The notes beneath the pieces are model-generated. The model worked only from the letters and a program-made list of their open reading frames with translations, ran no database searches and had not been told where the DNA came from. The position numbers and the translations under genes are program-made. A stretch of 63,239 nt of DNA, filler included, from Octopus bimaculoides (lineage: Eukaryota): NCBI RefSeq assembly GCF_001194135.2. It is 5 parts of 5 records of this genome, joined end to end, with 100 filler letters (N's around TTAATTAATTAA, not from the genome) between each part and the next. Parts side by side here need not be neighbours in the genome. Positions count along the whole stretch, not along the records: positions 15,212 to 26,268 come from NC_069005.1; positions 26,369 to 57,068 come from NC_068996.1; 3 more parts are not named here. One strand, 5' to 3'. The number at the start of each line of letters is the position of its first letter. Within the stretch, counting starts at the first letter, position 1. Positions 23,748 through 36,494 of this stretch are shown here, one piece after another.

Positions 23748-25288
23748 CTTGAGGATTGTAATAATTCATAAATATATATAATGTGAGGAGTGTAATAATT
23801 TATGATGTCACAATCGTTCTGTGGTTCACAATTGTTTCAACAATTTACAGGTGACTAATCATAGATCATGTCTATAGACATTGGTGGTAACATTGCCGAT
23901 AACGACAGAATATGTAATGCATATTACGTAATAGCAATAATAGCTATTTCTTCAAAACTGATTGAATAAGATAATATATATACTTATATATATTTCTCTT
24001 CGCAAATATTGATCGGGCACAGACAGTGTGTTGTTAGCGAGCTGGAGGAGATGTCTATCTGTGGTGTGCCCAGTATTATGTAACTGCGATGAGAGTGATA
24101 CATAATTTCTAGCAGCAGCCTGCACACTCTAGACAGTTCGCTTCTATGTCTACCACCTATGTACTCCTTACACTCACACTAAGATGATTATACCATCCAG
24201 TTTTGATATCATCGCCACCCGTTTAACAGTCCATAATTAATCATTAGACTACTCCCCATCGCTAGCCTTTCCTGATTCCGATCTGCTATTTCCTCTAACC
24301 TCGTACTAGGTGTAGTTCATTATATAACCCCATCCTGCTTTAAATTTTTAAACTCTTTATTGATAGGTAGCACTCTACTTTATTTTCCATAAAGTTTGAT
24401 CTTCTTATTTGATGGCCTTCGTACTCTGCATCCCCCCACTTTCAACCAATATCCACTGAATACCTCTGAATTTCTGTGTTTCTCTGTCTCCCTCCCCTGG
24501 TCATTTACCATTAGCTAGAGATTCCTATACCCCGATCCTATACCTGATCGGCTCGTATGCTTTTGTTTCTATCTTTTCCTTCACCTTTACGTTTGATTTA
24601 TTTATCTTTTTTTCCCCTTACCCTCAATTGTTTTTAATGACCCCTTCCTTGCTACCACAACTGATAGCCTACTATAATAAATTATCTCCAACTCACTCCA
24701 GTCTGCCCATGATCTAGCCAAGCAGACTCCTTCTCACTCGAATCACTGACCTTACATATCAAATAACATACTTTCAAGAACTACATTCTTAACCTAAACG
24801 GCCAACATAGTCATTCTCCTATTTCATAGTTGGCCTCCACAGGCACATCCCTGCTGTATTCTTGGATATTCTTGAGTTTTGTAAAATTACTTCTCATCTC
24901 ATGATTATGGTCTTTTATAATGATGTAATGTTCTCATTCTTCTATTAAAAAGTTACGTAAGAAACAACTGTAATGAGCTGACAATTATCCATCGTATGTT
25001 ATTATCCATTCGATTATAATACACCAAAGGGATTTACGACTTGTCGCATACCCTAGAGTATACCAACAACGTACTACTCAAAGTGACGCGTAATTTGGAC
25101 CAGCCCCTTAGGCGCTAAATACTCATGAAGTTGATTTTCTCTGTGTACACAACCGAAATATCCTATCTGATATTTCGACTCTCACCAACCATAGGCTGGA
25201 ACCACAGACATTACCCAACCCTACCGGGTGCATACTTTTTCAAGTACCTGCTTCTATTGGAATTTTCATCTTACTTCTTATATATATA

Positions 25289-26000
25289 CTAGCAGTTAAG
25301 CCCGATTTCACCCGGTCAGAGAACGACGCGAAGAGAGAAACGAAGACATAAAAAAGAGGAAGAAGTGGATACGAAGTGGTGTTTGGGCGACAGATCTTGG
25401 TAGAAAAAAAAGAATGTCATGGTGAGTTGGTAAGGAGAGCAAAGCAAGACTGGACTTACGTGGGCTGGCAGGACGATGAAAAAATTGCGGAGTTGAAATT
25501 GGAGCAGTTGAAGTTGCCGTTGTTATCATTAGAGGGCGTCTTGGTAGACAACATTCTTCGTCCTTCCCTCGGGTGCATAAATAGAAAGACCATGGGGACA
25601 GCCAACGTGCAGTTGTGCGTGTGAGAATACTTGCTCTGTCAGATTCAAACCAACCGCTTGCACTGATTGTCCCTGCGCCTTGTTGATTGTTATGGGAAAG
25701 CAGAGTTTGATGGGAAATTGCATCTGTTTAAACTTGTAGGTCGTATTGGAGTGGGTAAGGGACACGAGAGTTATAAGTATGTCTTAGCCAGCGGCCGGTT
25801 CATTAAAGATTGTTGCCTACAGAACTCGGGAGCACAATTTTTTGATAATCGTCCGCGTACCATTGCACATTATTGGAGCATCTGCGAGTGCCCCCTTTTG
25901 TCAGATTTGTCATTAGCCGGCCGGTCTATCTTAGATACATGGGAAGCTGGATTAAATTTTTCATCAACACAGGGGAGCCAAATCGCGAAAAAGGTTGAGA
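25289..26000 (-). mobile_element. Helitron 3' end with PIF1-like helicase C-terminal remnant
   Basis: DAPIMCNGTR…FKQMQFPIKLCFPITINKAQGQS…VFSHAQLHVG…EGRTKNVVY (Helitron helicase C-terminus). Terminal hairpin CCGGGTGAAATCGGG, then CTAG|T at 25292-25288. Confidence 0.9.
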
Positions 26001-26479
26001 AATGCTGATCTATAACGATGGTTTTTATTTAGGCACATCGTAAAAGTAATTATAATGAATTGCTTAATATAAAGAAAAGTATGTTTTTTCAAGCAAATAC
26101 AGTTAGAAAAAATATTTACCATTTCAAGTCATCACTAAAAACAAAGCTCATCAATTTTTGAATGAAATAATAATTTTATTCTTTTATTCTAAGTTTTAAA
26201 TTTTGCCCGAGAAATAAAGCAAATAATCACCAAATGCATTGTTAAAAATCTGCAACTCGATAGCAAATNNNNNNNNNNNNNNNNNNNNNNNNNNNNNNNN
26301 NNNNNNNNNNNNTTAATTAATTAANNNNNNNNNNNNNNNNNNNNNNNNNNNNNNNNNNNNNNNNNNNNTATATATATATATATATATATTAATATCTGTC
26401 GTCAGTCGTCGCGACTGTTTATAGTAAATTTTTATCATAGGAGGCAGACCAGCACGCCGTAGGATCTCTTTAATATTGC

Positions 26480-27790
26480 TCTTGTCAGACAGATTTGAAA
26501 TTAAGACTGACTCCTGCATATGAAACACTGAGGCTATGTAATTCATTAATTTGCTCTTTAAGTATTTATGGAAGCCTTACTTCAAACGTATGCGGTTTTA
26601 TAGAAGATGATCTAGATATAATTAATCAATCACCAAAATCGGCGAACCAAAATGCAATTACTGTTCCCTTTCATGTTGTAAATTTATACACTAATATCTC
26701 ACGTGACTATTCAATCAGTTCGTTTAGATATTGGCTTGTTACTTACCTGGAGTGCATTGAAAAAACGTTCAGGTAAATATTATAAAATAATTATTTCGCT
26801 TTCGATGATTCAGCATAGCGACATGCACCGGAGACTACAATGAGCCCTAAACTAGCGTCCACATTCGCCAGCTGAGTATGTGATGCCATGAGATGAAAAA
26901 TTATGATCTTTATAAATATTTAGAAACACATTTACAGCCAACCGGGGGGAAAAAACATGTAAGTAATTTCTTTATTTTTCATGCTAGGATAGATAATCTT
27001 GTTAAACAATATGGAATTAAAAAATCTTCTCATTATTAGCAATATAAATTAAAAAGTCTAAATCCACAATAAAATTCAGCCTGAAGAAAATACCACTATC
27101 TAGACATTTTCATTATGGAAATAGATAGCAAGATAAAAATAGATATCTATTAAAAACACGCGTAATCAAACCATTGACTTCTTTTCACATTTTTTCAATT
27201 TTTTGACATTCAAGAGCAAATATATTCAACTTAGCATGAAGAACTTGCACAATAATATCGATTTCTACAAAATGTGATAAAAGACCGTACAAATTGAAAA
27301 ACATATTTATTCAAAGATCATTACCAATGAGTCCAATTACAAATGGAATAGAACGGTATAAATATACAAAATCTAAGGATAATAAAAAAAATAAACCGAG
27401 AAGGAGGTTTTGCTTTATGTATTAAACATCTAATAATATAAATGCCGAAATACTTAAGCATATAAAAAAATAATCGTTATTATACGAAGAGAATAAAAAG
27501 GGTTTTGGAAGAATCAACAAGTCATTGCAAGCAAGCAACATTAGACGTTGAAAAATATACTTACGAGAAAGTTCATAAAAAAAGTTCCCAACCCAGTTTC
27601 ACAAAATGTGAAATACTAGATTGTACAAGATGCTCATAATTATCTTGGAGCTTAGAGTTCATGTTAAAGAATAAACAGAACTTTGAATTAAGAGAAAGTT
27701 TATTTGCGACTCTCAGAAAATAGTCTAAATAAAAGGGGCATATAAGCCCTCGACAGAAATAAGAAGGCCTCCTTATCCGCGTTGGAGACG
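26480..27790 (+). mobile_element. Penelope-like element remnant, heavily decayed
   Basis: PFHVVNLYTNIS (cf. SFDVxSLYTNIP), traces of IKF…YLDI and DIY.K motifs, and a GIY-YIG-like tail (ELRESYL). Confidence 0.55.
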
Positions 27791-28269
27791 AACCCGCATC
27801 CCTTTGTTAACGCGACTAAGTGTGTTGAAAAATATATATATATATATATACATTCACACAAATATATCGACACACACACACATACGTATATATATATATA
27901 TATATATATATNNNNNNNNNNNNNNNNNNNNNNNNNNNNNNNNNNNNNNNNNNNNNNNNNNNNNNNNNNNNNNNNNNNNNNNNNNNNNNNNNNNNNNNNN
28001 NNNNNNNNNNNNNNNNNNNNNNNNNNNNNNNNNNNNNNNNNNNNNNNNNNNNNNNNNNNNNNNNNNNNNNNNNNNNNNNNNNNNNNNNNNNNNNNNNNNN
28101 NNNNNNNNNNNNNNNNNNNNNNNNNNNNNNNNNNNNNNNNNNNNNNNNNNNNNNNNNNNNNNNNNNNNNNNNNNNNNNNNNNNNNNNNNNNNNNNNNNNN
28201 NNNACTACAGTGAAATTGCTTTTAGGAGTTAAAATATGTCACAAACATATTTGAACTAGCCTAAAGTTT

Positions 28270-28281
28270 ATTTCTCACTAT

Positions 28282-28316
<35 letters not shown>

Positions 28317-28418
28317 TTATAACTTTACCAGTAACAGCAGGGATATGGGTATTAAAACAACTAAACTAAAACATCACATGCAGCGTTGGCGACATAAGTA
28401 GCAGCAGCAGCGGTGGCG

Positions 28419-28456
<38 letters not shown>

Positions 28457-28596
28457 GGCGGCGGTGGTTGTGGTGGTGGTTGTGGTGGTGGTTGTGGTGG
28501 TGGTGGTGTTTGTGGTGATGGTGGTGGTAGTGGTGGTGGTTGTGGTGGTGGTGGTGTTTATTGTAACTACTCTTCTTGATAAACAGAGAAAACTGT

Positions 28597-28658
<62 letters not shown>

Positions 28659-28660
28659 GT
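28270..28660. repeat. Compound (TAC)n/(GTG/GTA)n microsatellite
   Basis: Direct reading. Confidence 0.9.
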
Positions 28661-28781
28661 ATGTATGTATATGCTTATATATATATATCCCTTCTACAAT
28701 AGGTACAAGGCCTGAAATTTTGCGTAAGGGGATCAGTCGGTGTAATCGATCTCAGTGTTTTACTGGTACTTAAATAATCGA

Positions 28782-29335
28782 CCCCGCACCAAGGAGCTTT
28801 GTTGGTCTCTTGCTCAACTTCACCCCACACATAATAATCAAGAGGGTTGCAGTCTGGGGAGTTAGGTGGCCAGATGTTAAGGGTGATGTGATCGCAGAAA
28901 TTGTCTGGCAGCCATGACTGGGTTCTCTTACTTGTGTGACATGGTGCAGAGTCCTGTTGCCAGGCATAGGGTCTTCTAGCAACCACCCTCTTGACACAGG
29001 GCACTTGATGTAGGCCACCGTGTTGAGTCTGAGGCGGTGTGGGAAGATGAATGGAGGCTTAACGTCGCTATCACTAGTGATCATTCCAAACACTATGATG
29101 TTGACTGGATGTTTGACTTTTATCACTCTTGGGACATGTCCTCAGACTGTGCCAAGCAGTATAGCATGTTGTTTCCAAATTTCTGGCAGAGTGAATTGTG
29201 TCATGGTGCTGTTTTTCTCAAAGATGGTGCCAAACTGACACTACTGTACTGTGTAATCAACAAAATCCAAAACAAGCGAGGTGTATGGGCAGAATTAAAA
29301 ATGTAAAATGGTGACAATTTACCCATTGTATTTAG
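28782..29335 (-). mobile_element. Tc1/mariner-superfamily (maT/DD37D-like) transposon remnant
   Basis: KHPVNIIVFGMITSDSDVKPPFIFPH…NT.AYIK and WQQDSAPCHTSKRTQSWL…WPPNSPDCNPLDYYVWG. Truncated by a family B SINE at about 28700-28785. Confidence 0.85.
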
Positions 29336-29340
29336 GTATG

Positions 29341-29396
<56 letters not shown>

Positions 29397-30749
29397 AATT
29401 CATAAGAGTGGTACAACAAGGCACCGATATTTACTGGACAATAGCAATCGATATAAATACGACGCTATTGTAGAGCTTCACTGCGTATATAGGGCTATTT
29501 TTTGCTGGAAATTAATACATTTGTATTAATACATTTGTATTGAAATATTTTTCATTCATATATATACATATATATATATGTTTATATGTGTGTGCGTATG
29601 TATATATATGTACATGTATACATGTATATATACATACATATAGGTGTATATATATATACATATATACATACATATATTACCTGTATCTTTGGGTTTGGTT
29701 GAATCCAATACCCTTCATAACCTTTATATATATATATANNNNNNNNNNNNNNNNNNNNNNNNNNNNNNNNNNNNNNNNNNNNNNNNNNNNNNNNNNNNNN
29801 NNNNNNNNNNNNNNNNNNNNNNNNNNNNNNNNNNNNNNNNNNNNNNNNNNNNNNNNNNNNNNNNNNNNNNNNNNNNNNNNNNNNNNNNNNNNNNNNNNNN
29901 NNNNNNNNNNNNNNNNNNNNNNNNNNNNNNNNNNNNNNNNNNNNNNNNNNNNNNNNNNNNNNNNNNNNNNNNNNNNNNNNNNNNNNNNNNNNNNNNNNNN
30001 NNNNNNNNNNNNNNNNNNNNNNNNNNNNNNNNNNNNNNNNNNNNNNNNNNNNNNNNNNNNNNNNNNNNNNNNNNNNNNNNNNNNNNNNNNNNNNNNNNNN
30101 NNNNNNNNNNNNNNNNNNNNNNNNNNNNNNNNNNNNNNNNNNNNNNNNNNNNNNNNNNNNNNNNNNNNNNNNNNNNNNNNNNNNNNNNNNNNNNNNNNNN
30201 NNNNNNNNNNNNNNNNNNNNNNNNNNNNNNNNNNNNNNNNNNNNNNNNNNNNNNNNNNNNNNNNNNNNNNNNNNNNNNNNNNNNNNNNNNNNNNNNNNNN
30301 NNNNNNNNNNNNNNNNNNNNNNNNNNNNNNNNNNNNNNNNNNNNNNNNNNNNNNNNNNNNNNNNNNNNNNNNNNNNNNNNNNNNNNNNNNNNNNNNNNNN
30401 NNNNNNNNNNNNNNNNNNNNNNNNNNNNNNNNNNNNNNNNNNNNNNNNNNNNNNNNNNNNNNNNNNNATATATACGTATATATATATATATATGTATATA
30501 TATGTGTGTATATATATGTGTGTGTATATATATATATGTATATACGTATACATATAGTTACAGCTTAGAATGTTTTATATCTTTGCAGTGTAAACCATCT
30601 GGAAGAAATTCATAAGAGATTAAGACTCTTGAACTATAAATCTAATCCATAACTACACTAGTGTATATAAAGCTGGTGCTGGAGCTTATACACTCACTTA
30701 CACACTCAAACTCATATACTCACACACACTTACACTCGCGCACACACCC

Positions 30750-30815
<66 letters not shown>

Positions 30816-31356
30816 GTATATACGTTCATACAAGCGCACATACACATATAAACACACATACATACATATATAGATATAAACATATAAAAACACAGTATAC
30901 AAAGCAGAATCAATTTTATATATACACACTTACACAGCGCACACCAGGCGCGTGCACACACACATATATATATGCATGCATGCATACACATTATACACAC
31001 AAATATACGCGCAACTGCATTGATTAACATAGTGTTAGGGCTACCACAATTGTTTTGCATGTGAAATTTCATACACACACAAACACACTCGCACACACAT
31101 AGACATAAATACACACACGTGTACATACGTATGCACACATTCACAGACATACGCATATACGCATGCATACATCCCATCAGACATACACACACACACACGC
31201 ACACGCACATGCACATACCCATACACAAACATGTGGAGGAACGCGGAATGGTCATTCGTAGTTCTTTCTATAATATATTTTAGATACAACTGCTACCAAC
31301 ATGCTCTAGTAAAGCTTAAGAGCGAAACGTCAATTGTATAGCGAGAAACCAAATTA

Positions 31357-31464
31357 TATCACCTGAAGAGATACTTCTGCTCTGCCGAGTACAATGAAAT
31401 TCTTTGCATAGTTTCCCACCCACGACAGAGCAGTGTCGGATGTGTCGAAACGACCGTTGTGATA
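31357..31464 (+). ncRNA. Type-I hammerhead ribozyme motif with extended stem II
   Basis: Stem I UAUCAC/GUGAUA; core CUGAAGA; stem II GAUAC/GUGUC extended by CUGCUCUG/CAGAGCAG; GAAA; stem III ACG/CGU; predicted cleavage after GUU at 31458. Confidence 0.7.
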
Positions 31465-31513
31465 AGTAAAGTTTCCAGTATATTCCATCTTCTGTATCAA
31501 TTGTTTCTACTAG

Positions 31514-31571
<58 letters not shown>

Positions 31572-32079
31572 NNNNNNNNNNNNNNNNNNNNNNNNNNNNN
31601 NNNNNNNNNNNNNNNNNNNNNNNNNNNNNNNNNNNNNNNNNNNNNNNNNNNNNNNNNNNNNNNNNNNNNNNNNNNNNNNNNNNNNNNNNNNNNNNNNNNN
31701 NNNNNNNNNNNNNNNNNNNNNNNNNNNNNNNNNNNNNNNNNNNNNNNNNNNNNNNNNNNNNNNNNNNNNNNNNNNNNNNNNNNNNNNNNNNNNNNNNNNN
31801 NNNNNNNNNNNNNNNNNNNNNNNNNNNNNNNNNNNNNNNNNNNNNNNNNNNNNNNNNNNNNNNNNNNNNNNNNNNNNNNNNNNNNNNNNNNNNNNNNNNN
31901 NNNNNNNNNNNNNNNNNNNNNNNNNNNNNNNNNNNNNNNNNNNNNNNNNNNNNNNNNNNNNNNNNNNNNNNNNNNNNNNNNNNNNNNNNNNNNNNNNNNN
32001 NNNNNNNNNNNNNNNNNNNNNNNNNNNNNNNNNNNNNNNNNNNNNNNNNNNNNNNNNNNNNNNNNNNNNNNNNNNNNNA

Positions 32080-32925
32080 AAGCTGGCTCTTCACAAATCA
32101 TTTGTCTTACCATCCCTGTTGTATTCTTGTGAAACATGGACTTGTTATAAAAGGCATTTTAAATTGTTAGAACAATTCCACCAAAAATGCCTTCATCGCA
32201 TTTTAAATATTAAATGGAGTTTTTTTTACTCCAAACACAGATGTTCTTGCATCTGCAGGCATCACCTCAATTAAAGCTATGATTATGAGGAACCAAATGA
32301 GATGGTGTGGCCATATTGTTCGAATGGCGGATGAACGCATGCCGAAACAACTGTTTTATGGTGAGCTTGCAAACGCTATCGGCGTAAACCTAAAAGAAGG
32401 TTTAAGGACGGCATAAGAACTACTATGGAAGTCACTAGGAATGGATCCAAAAGACATAGAAACCCTTGCTTCGGATCGAGCTGTATGGCGAACAAAAGTG
32501 TGGTAACGCAAGTAAGACTCAAGAGAGATTTAAAGAAGAATGTTACGATCAAGAAGGTGAATCACAATGACCTTTTTCGTGTGCACTGTTAGTGACAGAC
32601 CATATCTTTCTTTTGATGGGGTCAAATCTCATTTGCGATCCCATGGAAAATGAGCCTCCACCAACTATTCTGCCTATATGTCTGTGCACACCTTTGAATG
32701 CAGTGTATGCCAGAAGGTTTGCAAATCTAACGGAGATCTCAAAAGACATTTTAAGATCCACAAAGACCAGAACTTATCTGCTGCTCTTGGTGGTCCAAAT
32801 CGGATGTGCAATCTATGTAGGTGTCTTTTCAGAACTGTGTCTGATTTAAAGAGCTACATCAAATGCGATGATAGTTCGAAGATATAGGTACAGGAGGTGG
32901 TCAAACTCTGCATAAGGAGTAGACA
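32080..32925 (+). mobile_element. RTE-clade LINE 3' fragment ending in three C2H2 zinc fingers
   Basis: VLPSLLYSCETWT…LEQFHQKCLHRILNIKW; RWCGHIVRMADERMPKQLFYGEL; then three CxxC-x12-HxxxH-type units (32580-32870) and a 3' tail. Confidence 0.88.
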
Positions 32926-33657
32926 ACCACCATGTACGTATGTATGTATACCTGAATAAGTGTATGAAACTTGTCCTCTCTGGCACTTTTGTAGCTTTTC
33001 ATTAGATTACAATACACACACACACACATGCATATATATATATATATATATATATGCTCATATACTGAATTCTATGTATATGTATTCATATGCAACATAT
33101 ATATGTATAAGTATATGTGTATGTGTGCGCCTGTGTATGTATGTATATATCTATATTCGTACATACATAATGTTTGTAAAGTCATGAAGTGCACGTCAAA
33201 ATACTCGACATGCAACTAGTATTTCAAAACTCCAAGAATTTCTTTAAAATATTATGAAGGATCCTTCGTAGTGAATTCATTGTGTTTTGGTAAAAGATCA
33301 CAAAATATACATACCGAAAATAAAGGCTGGAAATTATATCGAGAAATTATTTTATCATAACATCTTTACACGTTCTTCGGTGACCGTTGCCCTACATTTT
33401 ATTTCGAATAACACTTCTGACGATGTGTTTATTGAATGTTATGTGAGGGAATCCTTATGAAATCTGCCTTGTGATGCTTACTAAAACACGTGAAACGTGT
33501 TATAATTTCATAATATACTATTTTGATTTGATTTTGTTATACATACGCACTTAAATATATGCACACATATATAAACATATCCAAAATACATACGTATAAA
33601 CTTTAGGTTAGTTCAAAAGTTTGACTCACACTCACACACAAACACACATACACACAA

Positions 33658-33689
<32 letters not shown>

Positions 33690-33859
33690 ACACACACACA
33701 CACACACATACACACACAATTTGACTCAGCTACATATGACTTAAAATTTCGTGGGATAGTAGGACGACCCCATCTCGTCAGGTATCTAGAGAAGAATAAC
33801 GAGATTTGTGACAAATTCAAGATAGCTTCTAGATGTTTGGTCTCCATTAGTCAACTCAG

Positions 33860-34690
33860 GCTAGATGGTTATTATTGGTGCGGCAGTTCGTAGCATTTCG
33901 GAAGTTACAAGTTGGGGTATGGATTGGAAGTTGTGTAGGTGTGTATTTGCGTCTTTTGTAACGTCTAATGTTTGAAACCAGGTTGTGTAAGCAAGAATAA
34001 CTGACCTTAACATTGTCGAAGTTAAAGAGTTTATAATACATACGGGTTCTAAGGAATTTTTGTTTTTAATTAGCGTCAGGAAACTCTTGACTATGTTGGC
34101 TGAAACTTCTAGGTTAAATAGAGGATGAACCAGATGATCTTTCTTTTTCTGGTTCTCTACGAGTTCGGGGGTGGGTTGGAGTGTCCTCCATACATAACTT
34201 CTCGGTTAATCCACTCCTCTCTAAAGCCTCGTTATAGTGGGGGACGGTCCCGTTGGAGATCTCTTTCTCTACTTATGCCTGTGATTGTGTTTCTAAATAC
34301 AGTTGCATGTGGTCGGAATGTCTGTGGATATAAACAGTTTCTTTATTGGATTTCCTGTGACGATTGTACTTTCCTGTCTCAACGCCTAGGGTTACGCCCA
34401 GCAAGCTGACCTTTGTCAAATTGATGTTAACTGTTACAGATAGGCCGAATTCTTTGAAAATTTTTATCAGATCCTTCCTGAACTTGGCCGTTCATATGGT
34501 TTGAAGTTGCCAGACCGTCGTCCCTACACATGGCCGAGCTATGGGCGTGTGTGTGCACGTCCTTAGAATATTTAGAATAAATAATCCGATGAGCTAAGTG
34601 ATCTCGGTCTCTCGTTACTCCCCACAGATAAATGGAACAGTGGATCATTTCCTCTTTACACAGTAGGAATCATCGTGAATCAAAATTGAC
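33860..34690 (-). mobile_element. Penelope-like element RT/linker remnant
   Basis: CRDDGLA (YRDDG motif), NLTKVSLLGV, HYNEALERSG, RKIIWF, YKLFNFDNVKVSYSCL, CNFRNATNC. Confidence 0.75.
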
Positions 34691-35640
34691 ATTCTAGCAT
34701 TCATTCTGATATCGAAGCCACCGAATTTTGATATGATGACCTTCCAAAGATATGCTTCTCAACCAATTTTTACCAAGGAATCCCTTTGATTCTGCTAGAC
34801 TCCCCCCCCCCNNNNNNNNNNNNNNNNNNNNNNNNNNNNNNNNNNNNNNNNNNNNNNNNNNNNNNNNNNNNNNNNNNNNNNNNNNNNNNNNNNNNNNNNN
34901 NNNNNNNNNNNNNNNNNNNNNNNNNNNNNNNNNNNNNNNNNNNNNNNNNNNNNNNNNNNNNNNNNNNNNNNNNNNNNNNNNNNNNNNNNNNNNNNNNNNN
35001 NNNNNNNNNNNNNNNNNNNNNNNNNNNNNNNNNNNNNNNNNNNNNNNNNNNNNNNNNNNNNNNNNNNNNNNNNNNNNNNNNNNNNNNNNNNNNNNNNNNN
35101 NNNNNNNNNNNNNNNNNNNNNNNNNNNNNNNNNNNNNNNNNNNNNNNNNNNNNNNNNNNNNNNNNNNNNNNNNNNNNNNNNNNNNNNNNNNNNNNNNNNN
35201 NNNNNNNNNNNNNNNNNNNNNNNNNNNNNNNNNNNNNNNNNNNNNNNNNNNNNNNNNNNNNNNNNNNNNNNNNNNNNNNNNNNNNNNNNNNNNNNNNNNN
35301 NNNNNNNNNNNNNNNNNNNNNNNNNNNNNNNNNNNNNNNNNNNNNNNNNNNNNNNNNNNNNNNNNNNNNNNNNNNNNNCGTGTGTGTGTATGTGTGTGTG
35401 TATGTGTGTGTGTGTGTGCGCGTGTGCGCGCGCGAGTACGTTTACTCCATGCATAGAAACTCTCTGCCATTGAACCATTTTTTGTAAACTCTCTGTCGAT
35501 TGAAATAATAAAAAAATTATCTATACTCATGTTGAAGTTTTGTTTCTCCCATCTTTCCTACCAAAACCCACATACACATAAAAGTGCACACACACACAAG
35601 CACACACATACACACGCAGACATGCGCGCGCGCGCGCACG

Positions 35641-35672
<32 letters not shown>

Positions 35673-36019
35673 CACACACGCACACACACACACGCACACA
35701 CACACACGTACATGCTGTTTGAAAATATGGGTTTTCTAAAATTAGCCAAATGAAGATTAAGAAAGTTTTATTGCTTTATTTAAAGAGGATTCGGGTGTCA
35801 GTGATAGAGAAATTGGGGTGAGATCGTGAAGGATTGACGTCAAGTAAATGAATGATTTGAAAAAGGGACAGAGTGAAAGAAAGAGTAGGAGAGAGAAAGA
35901 AAGAAAGAACGAAAGAGAAAGACAGACAGACAGACAGGCAGACAGAGAAAGAAAGAACGAAAGTGAGAGAGAGAAAAGGAATGAAAAAAATAAAGGAAAG
36001 ACAAATGTAGTTGTAAAAA

Positions 36020-36494
36020 AAATAGATAACGACCCTTCCCGAATCATATAGCCTCATAGGGCCGGTTTCCCCGTTTTCCTGGTGTATATATTTCCCCTTG
36101 GGTAGGACTCCGGTCCGTTGCAGGATTATTAATTTTTGTCAGCTTAGTGGACTGAAACAACGTGAAAATGAAATATTTTGTTCAAGAACACAACCGAGCG
36201 TCACTCGGTTCAGGAATCGAAACCACAATCTTACAATCATGAGCCCAAACACCCTATCTGCTAAGCTACGTGCCTCCACTTTTGGTCGGTTTCCCGGTTT
36301 CCGTGACGCATATATTTTTCCTTGGACGAGACGCCGGTCTGTCATAGGATTACTAATTATTGCCGGCCGAGTGGACCGTAGCAATATGAAGTGAAGTGTT
36401 CTGAACAAGAACACAACGCATCGCTTGGTCCAGCAATCGAAACCGCAATATTACTATCATGAGTCCAACACCCTAACCATTAATCTGAGCCTCC
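36020..36494 (-). mobile_element. Two head-to-tail SINE family C-like copies flanked by a 19-bp direct repeat
   Basis: tRNA heads at about 36278 and 36494. ACAAATGTAGTTGTAAAAA occurs at 36001-36019 and 36495-36513. Confidence 0.75.

Noticed and set aside
31362-31490. Apparent minus-strand exon (KMEYTGNFTYHNGRFDT…VSLQ|GT)
   Set aside because: All three frames are open, the acceptor lacks a pyrimidine tract, and no family is recognisable. The plus strand is better explained as a hammerhead. Not fully excluded without RNA data.
33408-33503. Hammerhead-like CUGACGA…GAAACGU with GUGUUU/AAACAC stem
   Set aside because: Extra nucleotides lie before GAAA, the cleavage position is G, and stem I is out of register. 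At best a dead remnant. The motifs near 39251-39285 and 27725-27755 are similarly too decayed.
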